Assembly (NCBI GenBank): GCA_964446855.1
Contig: CAYUQM010000001.1
Location: forward strand, 8,507 to 72,506
Source: an uncultured Muribaculaceae bacterium
GTDB taxonomy: Bacteria; Cyanobacteriota; Vampirovibrionia; Gastranaerophilales; Gastranaerophilaceae
Length of the DNA stretch: 64,000 nt
Direction: 5' to 3'
The position numbers and the translations under genes were made by a program. The first letter of the stretch is position 1. Every line of letters begins with the position of its first letter. The notes under the pieces are model-generated. The model was not told where the DNA came from and did no database searches. It worked only from the letters and a program-made list of their open reading frames with translations. This document shows positions 19,059-28,310 of the stretch, piece by piece.

Positions 19059-21143
19059 ATGCCAGTAAAAGCTATCACTGCGGCGGAACTAAATGTCGCA
19101 AAAAACCAAAGACAAAAACAAAATACAACGAACAACAATAATCCATCTTTCCAAGGTTTAGAACAAATTCCTGTTGCGGTGGCAAACGCAATTAACAACG
19201 GCGGATTTGCATTCTCATTTATTGCTCAGGATTGTGTGGGTATGGCATTGCCTCGTATTGGCGAAGGGTTAAACCGTCGTCCGATTAACCCTGAAACTGG
19301 GAAAAAAGAAGGTCCGTATAACTGGGCTTTTGCCAGAAGAGAAGGTATTAGGGAAATATTAAGCGGTCCTAGCGCATTTATCATACCTGCATTTATATTG
19401 CATTTTGTGAAAAAATATTCAGGGTCAGCGAATAATGTTCCTGTAAGTATGATTCAGGGTTTAGGTGCTAACTTTATAAATTACGCATCAAAAAATAGCG
19501 ATACCCTTGATGATGTAGTAAAAACTAAACAAGAATTTTACCACGGCGTGTTTAAAAACGTATTAAATACAACTTTGGAAGGTAAGGTTCCTGAAGAACA
19601 GCTTGATGAACTTGCCGGTTCATTCATGCGACGTGCTATCGAGATTGAAGAAGCTAAAGGTAATAAAAAGTCACTTATTAAAAAAGTTTTAAACCAGAAA
19701 GTGGAAGGTTCTCCGGAGGATTTGACCGATAGTCTGCTAAAAGACTTTATGTCCTTGAAGAAAAAATTACTTCCTGCCTCAACAAACGAAGTTGTAGCAT
19801 CTATAACCGTTAATCCTGAAAAAATAGGACAATACGGTGTCGATATTGCTGCTGCCGACAAAGAAGGAATTGGATTTACTAAGTTATTGAAAGTAATGAC
19901 TGATTTTACTGATGATGTCGTTGAATCGACAGGTCACGCGATGAAAAAAGCTAAAGAAGGCTTCAATCCAGATGAATTTTTAAAACACTTTGTTGCTCGT
20001 CGTTCAGGTTCAAGAATTGTTACGAACTTAGGGATGTGGTCTGCTGTAGTCGGTTTTTATGCACTAATACCAAAATTATATTCTATGGGATTAAAAGGCA
20101 AAAACCCTGCGTTCATGCATGAGCAGGCTGTTGCAAAAACAGAAGATAAATCTGATGCTCAAACAGGTAAAAATCCGTCTTTCAGCGGTAAGGAACATGT
20201 GTTTGCAAATACGGCCGACAGAGTTCTTAATTCTAATAAGTTAAAAAGTATAGTTAGTCACTTTGAATTTGACGGACCGGCGATGTCAGTTCCGGCTATG
20301 CTTGGGTTATTATTCGGTTTTTGTTTGCCAACAAGGTTAGTGAAAGCTTATAAAACTGATAAGCAGGAAGCAAAGGATAATCCTTCACTAAATAATAAAA
20401 CAAATTATTATGATGTTAAGGAAACTTTGGCTCGTGATATTACAAGCTTTACTGCAATTTTGTTTGCAGCTCAAGGTATTGCTCGCGGATTTTCTGACAT
20501 ATTTTCAAAAATTTCAGGTTTAGCATTGAATGTAAAACCTGCTGACCATAATAAAAATTTGTGGCATACCTTTAAAGATTACTTCTCGCCAATGGGCGGA
20601 ATTAATGTCCTTGATAACAGACAGCTTGATTCTAAATATACAAATATCCATGAGTATAAAGATGGTATTAACGGCTTCTTTGAGTTCATTGAAGAAAATG
20701 GCGGAAACTTGAAGAAAGTTTTACAGATAGATAAGAATGTAGCCGAACAAGCTAAAATAATTATCGGTAAAGATGTAAAAGAAGCAAGTCGAGATGAAAT
20801 CGTTGCTGCTTTCAAAAATATTACTACAGATAAAGCCAAAGAAGCACAAAAAACTATTGAAAATATCTTTAAGGATGGCAAAAATACGTTCGTAAAACGT
20901 GCAAAAACGTTTAACAGTACATTTACATTCTTATCAACAATAGCACTTGTTCCTTCGTTTATGATATGGTTAGCCCGCAGGTGTGATAAAATGACACGTA
21001 ATGCAAGAGCGAAAGATATGGCTCTAAGAACTCAGCAGCAGCAAGCTGAATTATCTCAGAACCAACAAAATCTCATAAATCAGGCGGCACAAACAAGAGT
21101 AAATGCTACAGCTCCAACAATGGCAGGGTTTTTGAAGAAATAA
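19059..21143 (+). CDS. Hypothetical membrane-associated protein (694 aa), Q-rich C-terminus
   Basis: Long ORF with several hydrophobic helices. NPSF[QS]G occurs twice. No family recognised. Confidence 0.55.
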   Translation: MPVKAITAAELNVAKNQRQKQNTTNNNNPSFQGLEQIPVAVANAINNGGFAFSFIAQDCVGMALPRIGEGLNRRPINPETGKKEGPYNWAFARREGIREILSGPSAFIIPAFILHFVKKYSGSANNVPVSMIQGLGANFINYASKNSDTLDDVVKTKQEFYHGVFKNVLNTTLEGKVPEEQLDELAGSFMRRAIEIEEAKGNKKSLIKKVLNQKVEGSPEDLTDSLLKDFMSLKKKLLPASTNEVVASITVNPEKIGQYGVDIAAADKEGIGFTKLLKVMTDFTDDVVESTGHAMKKAKEGFNPDEFLKHFVARRSGSRIVTNLGMWSAVVGFYALIPKLYSMGLKGKNPAFMHEQAVAKTEDKSDAQTGKNPSFSGKEHVFANTADRVLNSNKLKSIVSHFEFDGPAMSVPAMLGLLFGFCLPTRLVKAYKTDKQEAKDNPSLNNKTNYYDVKETLARDITSFTAILFAAQGIARGFSDIFSKISGLALNVKPADHNKNLWHTFKDYFSPMGGINVLDNRQLDSKYTNIHEYKDGINGFFEFIEENGGNLKKVLQIDKNVAEQAKIIIGKDVKEASRDEIVAAFKNITTDKAKEAQKTIENIFKDGKNTFVKRAKTFNSTFTFLSTIALVPSFMIWLARRCDKMTRNARAKDMALRTQQQQAELSQNQQNLINQAAQTRVNATAPTMAGFLKK

Positions 21144-21152
21144 CATAAAAAT

Positions 21153-21187
21153 TAAAAGCTATTCTCAATAAAGGATAGCTTTTTTTA
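21153..21187. terminator. Bidirectional intrinsic terminator
   Basis: AAAAGCTATTC-tcaataaa-GGATAGCTTTTTT between convergent genes. Confidence 0.7.
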
Positions 21188-21886
21188 AAACCCTACACTT
21201 AGTCCTGCGCATAGATTTATGCTTTGTCCCGTTACGCCTTTAGCATCTTCTGAAACTAAATATTTAACAAGTGCTGCAACTTCTGTAGGTTTAACAAATC
21301 TTCGCTGAGGAATACTCTCAATAATCTCGTCTTTAGAAAATTCACTTTCATCAATAGAGTTCATTCCTAATTCAGTGTCAACCCAGCCGGGATTTATTGT
21401 ATTTACGGTGATGTTAAATTCGGCGAGCTCCAAAGCTAAAGCTTTCGTTAATCCTATCAGACCAGCCTTTGATGAGGAGTATAGGCTGGCGTTAGCTTCG
21501 CCCATTACTCCGGATATTGAACCAATATTAATTATTCTCCCCCATTTAGAATTTTTCATGTAGGGAACGGCTGCATTAATAAGTTTAACGGGAGCTATAA
21601 GATTAGTTGAAAATATATTAGAAACGGCCTCCTCTGACATGTTTTCAATGCTGCCATAAATATAGGTTCCCGCATTATTAATCAAAACATCTATGCTGTT
21701 CTCTCTAATAAACTCGCAAAGCAGCTCAGGGTTTTTGGATAAATCACAAACGCAATAGTCTTTGGCATTAAGAGCTTTTAAAGCCTGTTCATTGCGGGCT
21801 GAAACATAAATTTCTCCCAAGGATTTCATCTCTTCGGCAATAGTACGACCGATACCTTTTGAAGCTCCGGTAATAAGTATATTCAT
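21185..21886 (-). CDS. SDR-family oxidoreductase (FabG-like)
   Basis: ITGASKGIGRTIA (TGxxxGxG), NNAG, and YSSSKAGLIGLTKALA (YxxxK). Confidence 0.85.
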   Translation of the reverse strand: MNILITGASKGIGRTIAEEMKSLGEIYVSARNEQALKALNAKDYCVCDLSKNPELLCEFIRENSIDVLINNAGTYIYGSIENMSEEAVSNIFSTNLIAPVKLINAAVPYMKNSKWGRIINIGSISGVMGEANASLYSSSKAGLIGLTKALALELAEFNITVNTINPGWVDTELGMNSIDESEFSKDEIIESIPQRRFVKPTEVAALVKYLVSEDAKGVTGQSINLCAGLSVGF

Positions 21887-21896
21887 AAAAACTTCT

Positions 21897-22121
21897 CTAT
21901 TTAATTAAACCAAATCCCAAAAGAAAAGTTGTAACAAGGAAAACTCCGGCAACAATACCTGTTACTTTATTCAATCCTTTTTCTGCACTTTTTTGTGATG
22001 AAAAAATCTGTGAAGCTCCGCCTAATCCTGCGATACCATCACCTTTCGGATCGTGAAGTAAAATTAATATTATAAGCAAAATTGCAGCAATAATCTGTAT
22101 TGCCCAAACAAAAGTTAACAT
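21897..22121 (-). CDS. secG: Preprotein translocase subunit SecG
   Basis: 74 aa, two TM helices, central GGA...F motif typical of SecG (LLHDPKGDGIAGLGGASQIFS). Confidence 0.8.
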   Translation of the reverse strand: MLTFVWAIQIIAAILLIILILLHDPKGDGIAGLGGASQIFSSQKSAEKGLNKVTGIVAGVFLVTTFLLGFGLIK

Positions 22122-22123
22122 CT

Positions 22124-22807
22124 TTATTTTTTCTCCTTTTTCTTAGAAATGAAATGCGCACGTTTAGAGTTTAATTCAATGTTTTCAAACGTGTACAATC
22201 TTGCAGGACGTTTTGATGAAGATTTGGTAAATTCATTTAATTCGATCAAACCGTCAGTAGAAAGAGCTTTTTTCCTAAAATTACGTTTGTCTAAATTTTT
22301 GCCCATAATCAATTCATAAGATTTCTGCATTTCGGTTAAAGTAAATTTTTCATTCAACAACTGATATGCAACAGGACAAATTTCAAGTCTTTCTCGAGTA
22401 CGTTTAAGAGAATATTCAATAATGTCTTTGTGGTCAAATGCTAAAGGTGGTAAATCCGAAACCTTATGCCAACCTAATTCAGGAGAAGATATAATTTTAA
22501 TATCTTCAGCTCTTACAAGTGCAAAGTAGGCACAAGTAATAACTCTGGCGTTAGGGTGACGAAGCGGATCTCCGAATGTATAAAGTTGTTCCAAATAGAT
22601 ATTATCCACATTAGTACGTTCTTTCAGTACGCGTAATGCGGCTTGATCCAGATTTTCAGACAACCTTACGTAACCACCTGGAATTGCCCATTTATCTTTA
22701 AACGGTTCATTTAACCTTTTAACAAGCAAAACTTGAATAGCGTTGTTAATAATAGTTAAAATAACAACGTCGACTGTAATTTCATGTGTTTTAGTTTCGT
22801 TAAACAT
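22124..22807 (-). CDS. Nudix hydrolase fused to winged-helix domain (NrtR-like regulator)
   Basis: Nudix fold (WAIPGGYVRLSENLDQAALRVLKERTNV), followed by LAFDHKDII...FTLTEMQKSYELIMGK..DKRNFRKK, which is characteristic of NrtR-type proteins. Confidence 0.7.
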   Translation of the reverse strand: MFNETKTHEITVDVVILTIINNAIQVLLVKRLNEPFKDKWAIPGGYVRLSENLDQAALRVLKERTNVDNIYLEQLYTFGDPLRHPNARVITCAYFALVRAEDIKIISSPELGWHKVSDLPPLAFDHKDIIEYSLKRTRERLEICPVAYQLLNEKFTLTEMQKSYELIMGKNLDKRNFRKKALSTDGLIELNEFTKSSSKRPARLYTFENIELNSKRAHFISKKKEKK

Positions 22808-22962
22808 ATTTATCTCTTACCCTTACTCAATAATACAATAAAAATATAATTTTACATAAATTAATAAAATTTGTTAATATTTTTTTACAACATTGACTCT
22901 TTTGTAGCAATTTTAAGGCTACAATATTGTTTATATATATAGGGAAAAGTTATGGGGAAAAT

Positions 22963-24078
22963 ATGTACGCGCATTACTGCTATCATAATTGCAATATGAA
23001 TTGGCTGATGGGTGTCGGACTTTTGTTTAACACGCTGGGCAATATTATATCAGGAACCAGAAATAGGTCGATGTTTCCAAATTTTGGAATGCCTGTATTT
23101 TCATACCCGTATTACCAATCTTATCCGCAATATAATTATAATCAATATCAATATTATTCACCTTCTGTTTCATGCAATGATTTTTACGTTGGAAATACTT
23201 TAGCTGGCTTAAATACTGCTCAAACAGGATTACAAAATTATGATAATACCGGTTCAATATTCAACGCAGTACCGAATACTTACAATACGCGATTAAATAA
23301 TGATAATCTTGTAGGTAACACCCTAAGCTCAATTCAATCACAACCAAGCTATGAAAATTTGAGTTATACCCCATTGTATACATCACTTGGAGAGCATCCT
23401 ATGTATTCAATTATGGGTTCTTCTATAAATCCGTTTCCCCAAATAAGTTCTTATCATCCAAGCAGTACTGTTCTACAACAGGCTCCGCAATTGCAGCAAC
23501 AAATGGCAATACAGGATACTCCAACGAGTATTGGGAAAAATGATACAATTGTAAGAAATGGAGATTACATAAAAATAAGCAAAGATATTGAAAATAGAAT
23601 TAAGCAAATGGCAGTAAAACTCAATTGTGATTACATGGATTTAATCGGTATGATTTGGGCAGAATCCAAGTTTGATAAGGGTGCTTGGAACGGAAAAACT
23701 GCTGTCGGATTAATTCAATTTACACAAATTTGCATAGATGATCTGAACAACAAGTATGGGATGAACTTGACCAAACAAAAAATTGAAAAAATGTCAGTGT
23801 TCCAGCAACTTGATCTTGCTGAAAAAGCTTTGCTACGAGCAAAAGAAGTTGCCGGAATACCGCAATCTCAAAGGCTTAGTGCAGCAGACTTATACACCAT
23901 AAATTTTTTACCGGGAAGGTTTAAATCTCATGCAAATAAAGCTTATATAACAAAACGCGGAGAAAACTTCTATGCGCAAAATTCAGGAATAGACGTGAAT
24001 AAAGATGGTTTCATAACAAGAGAAGAACTTCGCCAGTTCGTCCAAAAAGGTCGAAATTATGTAACAACTATTGCTTAA
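22963..24078 (+). CDS. Secreted/periplasmic protein with Q/N/Y/S-rich N-terminal half and C-terminal lytic-transglycosylase (SLT)-like domain
   Basis: C-terminal IWAESKFDKGAWNGKTAVGLIQFT (catalytic E-S and GLxQ motifs). The ORF track begins at a TTG at 22927; the ATG at 22963 is preferred. Confidence 0.6.
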   Translation: MYAHYCYHNCNMNWLMGVGLLFNTLGNIISGTRNRSMFPNFGMPVFSYPYYQSYPQYNYNQYQYYSPSVSCNDFYVGNTLAGLNTAQTGLQNYDNTGSIFNAVPNTYNTRLNNDNLVGNTLSSIQSQPSYENLSYTPLYTSLGEHPMYSIMGSSINPFPQISSYHPSSTVLQQAPQLQQQMAIQDTPTSIGKNDTIVRNGDYIKISKDIENRIKQMAVKLNCDYMDLIGMIWAESKFDKGAWNGKTAVGLIQFTQICIDDLNNKYGMNLTKQKIEKMSVFQQLDLAEKALLRAKEVAGIPQSQRLSAADLYTINFLPGRFKSHANKAYITKRGENFYAQNSGIDVNKDGFITREELRQFVQKGRNYVTTIA

Positions 24079-24172
24079 CTTGCAACAATTCTCAATAATC
24101 CGTTGCTATAGATTTTTTTTTCGGTTATCTTCATGGTAGATAGATTTTTTACTATGTTTAGGAAGGAAAAGA

Positions 24173-25054
24173 ATGGAAAAGGGATACGTAGAAAACGGGT
24201 TTATTGTAGATTTAGCGCATTCGAAAAAGACATCCGAAGTTATTTATGAGTTAAGTAAAATTCTGGATATGCCGGAAGCCAAAAATAAAAAAATATGTCT
24301 TAAGTTAGGGGAAATGAATTTATCAGAACAAGAGCTAGTGAGTATTAAGGCTCTTATTGAAACAATGGATTCCAAAATTGAATTTATCAGCACTGCTTCT
24401 GATATAACAAAAGCATCTGCTTCAGAAATTGGTATTGAAATTTCTGAATTAGGGGCGACTTTGCCTGCTCTTGATATTACTGCGAGTGAAGAGAAAAATG
24501 AAACTGTTAATGCGGAATTGGAAACCGCACTTGATAAAATATTCGGTGATGGAGATTTTGAAGAACGTTATCCCGAAGAACACACAGAAGAAGAAAACAA
24601 AAAAAGGGCTGAAGTAGTTGAAGGTGATATTCAAATAGTAGAATTTGAGGAAATGGAAGATCTTGAAGAACTGAGAAAGCATGATAGAGAAACAGAAAAG
24701 CTTCCTACTCTCTATATACACCGAACTCTTCGTTCAGGTCAGAGTATTTCTTCTGAGGGTAACATTGTAATAATCGGAGATGTAAATCCCGGTGCAGAAG
24801 TTATTGCAAAAGGCGATATTACTGTATGGGGTATCTTAGGCGGGATTGCTCAAGCCGGTTCTGATGGGAATGTTTATTCAAAAATTAGGGCATTGAAGCT
24901 GAATGCTATTCAAATCCGTATCGGGAATGTTTTTGCAAGAAGACCTGATACGGTTAATACCCCATATATTCACAGGACAGATGCTTTTGTTCCTGAAGAA
25001 GCTAGGGTGAATAAAAAGCACATTGTAATATACAAGTTACATGAAGCGTCATAA
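24173..25054 (+). CDS. minC: Septum site-determining protein MinC
   Basis: C-terminal beta-helix RSGQSISSEGNIVIIGDVNPGAEVIAKGDITVWG, located immediately upstream of minD. Confidence 0.85.
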   Translation: MEKGYVENGFIVDLAHSKKTSEVIYELSKILDMPEAKNKKICLKLGEMNLSEQELVSIKALIETMDSKIEFISTASDITKASASEIGIEISELGATLPALDITASEEKNETVNAELETALDKIFGDGDFEERYPEEHTEEENKKRAEVVEGDIQIVEFEEMEDLEELRKHDRETEKLPTLYIHRTLRSGQSISSEGNIVIIGDVNPGAEVIAKGDITVWGILGGIAQAGSDGNVYSKIRALKLNAIQIRIGNVFARRPDTVNTPYIHRTDAFVPEEARVNKKHIVIYKLHEAS

Positions 25055-25123
25055 GGAAAAGGTGAGAATATGCCTGCAGTATGTGAAAAAGTTATAGAAG
25101 CAGAAAATAAAAAAGGAGATATA

Positions 25124-25939
25124 ATGAGCGGTCGCGTAATAGTAATTACATCCGGTAAAGGCGGAGTAGGTAAAACTACTACAAATGCAAATATTGGTAC
25201 TGCACTTGCCCGTGCCGGTAAAAAAGTTGTTATGATAGATACCGACTTAGGTTTAAGAAATTTGGACCTCTTGTTGGGGCTTGAGAACAGAATTGTTTAC
25301 ACTATAGTAGATGTTGTGGAAGAACGCTGCAAATTAAAACAGGCACTAGTTAAAGATAAGAAAAACCCTAATCTTTGTTTGCTCGCTGCTGCACAAACCA
25401 GAGATAAAACCGCAGTTACCGAAGAACAGTTAAAAGATATTTGCGAACAATTGAAAAAAGATTTTGATTTTATCCTTGTTGACTGTCCGGCTGGTATTGA
25501 ACAAGGTTTCCAAAATGCAGTTGCCGGTGCTTCCGAGGCTATTGTTGTAGCTACTCCTGAAATGTCTGCCGTTCGTGATGCTGACAGAATTATTGGTTTA
25601 CTTGAAGCAAAAGAAGAAATCAAATCTTACAAGCTTCTGTTAAACAGAGTAAGACCAAACATGATTAAGTCAAATGATATGATGAGTGTTGAAGATGTTG
25701 TAGAGATATTATCTGCCGAATTAATAGGGATTATTCCTGAAGATACAGGTATTATTACATCTACAAATAAAGGTGAACCTATCGTAAATGATGAAAAGTC
25801 ACTTGCTGGTCAAGCATATAGGAATGTTGCCCAGAGGATTATTGGAGAAGATGTTCCATTTCTTAATCTGGAAGAAGAAACCGGAGTTGTCGCTAAAGTT
25901 AAAAAGTTTTTTGCCGGTTTAATCGGTAAGGAGAAGTAA
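25124..25939 (+). CDS. minD: Septum site-determining ATPase MinD
   Basis: VITSGKGGVGKTT deviant Walker A, and a C-terminal amphipathic helix KKFFAGLIGK. The ATG at 25124 has an AAAGGAG SD; the ORF-track start at 25070 is probably too early. Confidence 0.95.
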   Translation: MSGRVIVITSGKGGVGKTTTNANIGTALARAGKKVVMIDTDLGLRNLDLLLGLENRIVYTIVDVVEERCKLKQALVKDKKNPNLCLLAAAQTRDKTAVTEEQLKDICEQLKKDFDFILVDCPAGIEQGFQNAVAGASEAIVVATPEMSAVRDADRIIGLLEAKEEIKSYKLLLNRVRPNMIKSNDMMSVEDVVEILSAELIGIIPEDTGIITSTNKGEPIVNDEKSLAGQAYRNVAQRIIGEDVPFLNLEEETGVVAKVKKFFAGLIGKEK

Positions 25940-25940
25940 G

Positions 25941-26456
25941 ATGAAAGACATATTTACAGATTTATATAACAAAGTTCTTGGCTTCTTCCGTAAAAACGAA
26001 AAAGAAGATATGGAAAGTGCAAAAGAGGTAGCTTGCAACAGATTAAAAGTTGTATTGATGCAAGACCGAACGAATCTTACTCCTGAACTTATGGACAGAA
26101 TGCGTAAGGAATTAGTAGAACTTCTTTCAAAGTATGTAGAAATGGATAAAGAAGCTCTTGAACTGGGATTTGAACAAGAAGGGAACCAGATGGCATTAAT
26201 GCTTTCAATTCCTGTATTAAGAGCAAGAGAAGAAGCTGAAATTGAAGCAACTCTTGCCGAAGAAGATGCTAAGAAATCTGAGGAAGCAGAATCTGATGAT
26301 GATAGTATAGAAAGTATTGACGAAGAATCAAAGGTTGAGACGGAAACGCAGGGAGCTGATACCAGTGAATCAGAGGAACAGTCTGAAGAAAAAGACGAAG
26401 AATCTTCCGAAGAACAAGAAATCGTTGAAACCGATGATAAAAAGGTAAAAAAATAA
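25941..26456 (+). CDS. minE: Cell division topological specificity factor MinE with long acidic C-terminal extension
   Basis: ARNRLKVVLMQDR-type motif (ACNRLKVVLMQDR) and minCDE gene order. At 171 aa it is about twice the usual length. Confidence 0.85.
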   Translation: MKDIFTDLYNKVLGFFRKNEKEDMESAKEVACNRLKVVLMQDRTNLTPELMDRMRKELVELLSKYVEMDKEALELGFEQEGNQMALMLSIPVLRAREEAEIEATLAEEDAKKSEEAESDDDSIESIDEESKVETETQGADTSESEEQSEEKDEESSEEQEIVETDDKKVKK

Positions 26457-26457
26457 T

Positions 26458-26491
26458 AAAAAGAACCCTGCTTTTAGTGGGGTTCTTTTTT
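26458..26491 (+). terminator. Rho-independent terminator of the min operon
   Basis: GAACCC-tgcttttagtg-GGGTTC followed by T6. Confidence 0.8.
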
Positions 26492-26540
26492 ATCGGAATT
26501 TATATGTAAGCTTGCACCGAGTTTTGTTAAACAATGGCCA

Positions 26541-26606
26541 TACTGAGCATTAGTGAAGTATCTCATAAAAAATCCAGATATTTTTTGTAAAAGTTTCTGA
26601 GTGACT
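26541..26606. repeat. Degenerate REP-like element
   Basis: TACTGAGCATTAGTGAAGTATCTCA ... TTTCTGAGTGAC. It shares the short motifs TGAGCAT(T)AG(C/T)GAA and CAGA(G/A)TGAC-like with 33041-33235 and 57153-57210. Confidence 0.4.
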
Positions 26607-26704
26607 GCAATCTAGTGAATTTTGCGTAAAGTTGCATATAAATCCCGATTTATATGACTTGTAAAAAAAAACTCTTTATAGTATATTTTTTATAGGGGTT
26701 TCAA

Positions 26705-27655
26705 GTGGAAGATAAGAGTAAATTGGATTTAGACGCTATAGCACAAGAATGCAATTTGTTTAATGGGACTAATCAGGAAGATGTAGTCTCAAGCATTAAG
26801 TCCCTTGGTGAAATTTATGAAGAATCCGATTTAGTGATTATTTACAACCATTTTTTGGCAAATTGTAAATCTCCTGACATATTGTGCGAATTAATAAGAC
26901 TTGAGGATAAAATTCGTGATAAATCATCTCTGGCAGTGCTGGTAGATATTTTATTGTGGAAAGTTGGCGATGAAGAGCATAAAGAAGAGTTTACGAATGT
27001 TCGCGTTATGAGCGCCAAAGCTATAGCTAATCTTAAAGATACATCTGCCGTAAACTCACTTTTATATTGCCTAAATAATAAAAATGAGCATTACAAAGTC
27101 AGATTTGCCTGTGCGGATGCTCTGGGTAAAATCGGTGATAGGTATGCTGTAGCCCCGCTTATTGAAGTGGTGAAAGATGAGGATGAGCGTTCTGTTTATT
27201 TGAGAGAATCTGCCGCATCTGCACTCGGAATGCTTGGTGATGTACGAGCTATTGACCCGCTGGTAAGTATTCTGGAAACAAAGAACGGGATTTTAGATAA
27301 GTTTACATTTTTAAAAGAAAGAGTTATTGAGGCACTGGGAAAATTGAAGCTTAACGGAGATGAACGAGTTTTTACTGCTTTAAAAAAATCATTAATGGAC
27401 GCATCCCCTCAAATTAGGATTAATGCAATAGAAGCCTTAATGGAAAGTGAACGACCTGAAGCCTTTGATATAATAAAATCTTGCTTGAAGGATGAAGATA
27501 ACGAAGTTAAACAGAATGCACTTATTGCTTTATACAATATGTCAGACAGAAGTATTTTGGATGAGGTTATAAATTCCCCTGAATATGGTGATTATTTAAA
27601 GATGGAAGCTGTATCAATTATTGATGAATACGAGGGAACGGATGACGAAGAATAA
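26705..27655 (+). CDS. HEAT-repeat protein (PBS-lyase HEAT-like repeats)
   Basis: GTG start. Repeated units: VR..AA.ALG.IGD..A...L (VRFACADALGKIGDRYAVAPLIEVV; LRESAASALGMLGDVRAIDPLVSIL; IRINAIEALM). Confidence 0.75.
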   Translation: MEDKSKLDLDAIAQECNLFNGTNQEDVVSSIKSLGEIYEESDLVIIYNHFLANCKSPDILCELIRLEDKIRDKSSLAVLVDILLWKVGDEEHKEEFTNVRVMSAKAIANLKDTSAVNSLLYCLNNKNEHYKVRFACADALGKIGDRYAVAPLIEVVKDEDERSVYLRESAASALGMLGDVRAIDPLVSILETKNGILDKFTFLKERVIEALGKLKLNGDERVFTALKKSLMDASPQIRINAIEALMESERPEAFDIIKSCLKDEDNEVKQNALIALYNMSDRSILDEVINSPEYGDYLKMEAVSIIDEYEGTDDEE

Positions 27656-28307
27656 GTCTATTGTATTACTCTCGGGAGGTTTAGATTCTTTTGTAAGTTT
27701 GGGATTATGTCATAAAGAATATAATGTTGAGCTCGCATTAGTATTTGATTACGGTCAAAAATCGGCGGCGCAGGAGATTAACGCTTCAAAAAAAATTGCA
27801 AATCACTATCAAATTAAGCATAAAGTAATAAAATTAGATTGGCTGAAAGAAATCACGAATACGGCGCTTGTATCCGATGAGGAAATTCCGCAAGGAATTG
27901 ATAATCCGGAGGATTCTGCAAAGGCAGTTTGGGTTCCAAACAGAAACGGACTCTTTTTAAATATTGCAGGCTGCTTTGCAGATAGTGAAAATTATACCCA
28001 TATTATACTTGGAGCAAATAAGGAAGAAGCACAGACTTTCCCTGATAATACACAAGAGTTTGCGAATAGAATAAACGCTGAGTTTGAGTTTTCTACTCAA
28101 AGTAAACCAAAATTACTTGTCCCCTTGATAAATTATGATAAAAATGCTATAGTAAGGTTGGCTTTGGAGTATCAGATGCCTTTGGAGTTAATACAAAGCT
28201 GTTATAAAGGCGGAGAGAAACATTGTGGTGAGTGTGAATCATGTACCAGATTAAAAAATGCACTCAAGTTCAATAAAGATACGTATTATAGTAAGATTTT
28301 ATTTTAG
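27642..28307 (+). CDS. queC: 7-cyano-7-deazaguanine synthase
   Basis: VLLSGGLDS PP-loop, and the C-terminal zinc cluster CYKGGEKHCGECESCTRL. The ORF opens at 27621; either start overlaps the end of the HEAT gene. Confidence 0.9.
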   Translation: MTKNKSIVLLSGGLDSFVSLGLCHKEYNVELALVFDYGQKSAAQEINASKKIANHYQIKHKVIKLDWLKEITNTALVSDEEIPQGIDNPEDSAKAVWVPNRNGLFLNIAGCFADSENYTHIILGANKEEAQTFPDNTQEFANRINAEFEFSTQSKPKLLVPLINYDKNAIVRLALEYQMPLELIQSCYKGGEKHCGECESCTRLKNALKFNKDTYYSKILF

Positions 28308-28310
28308 GAT

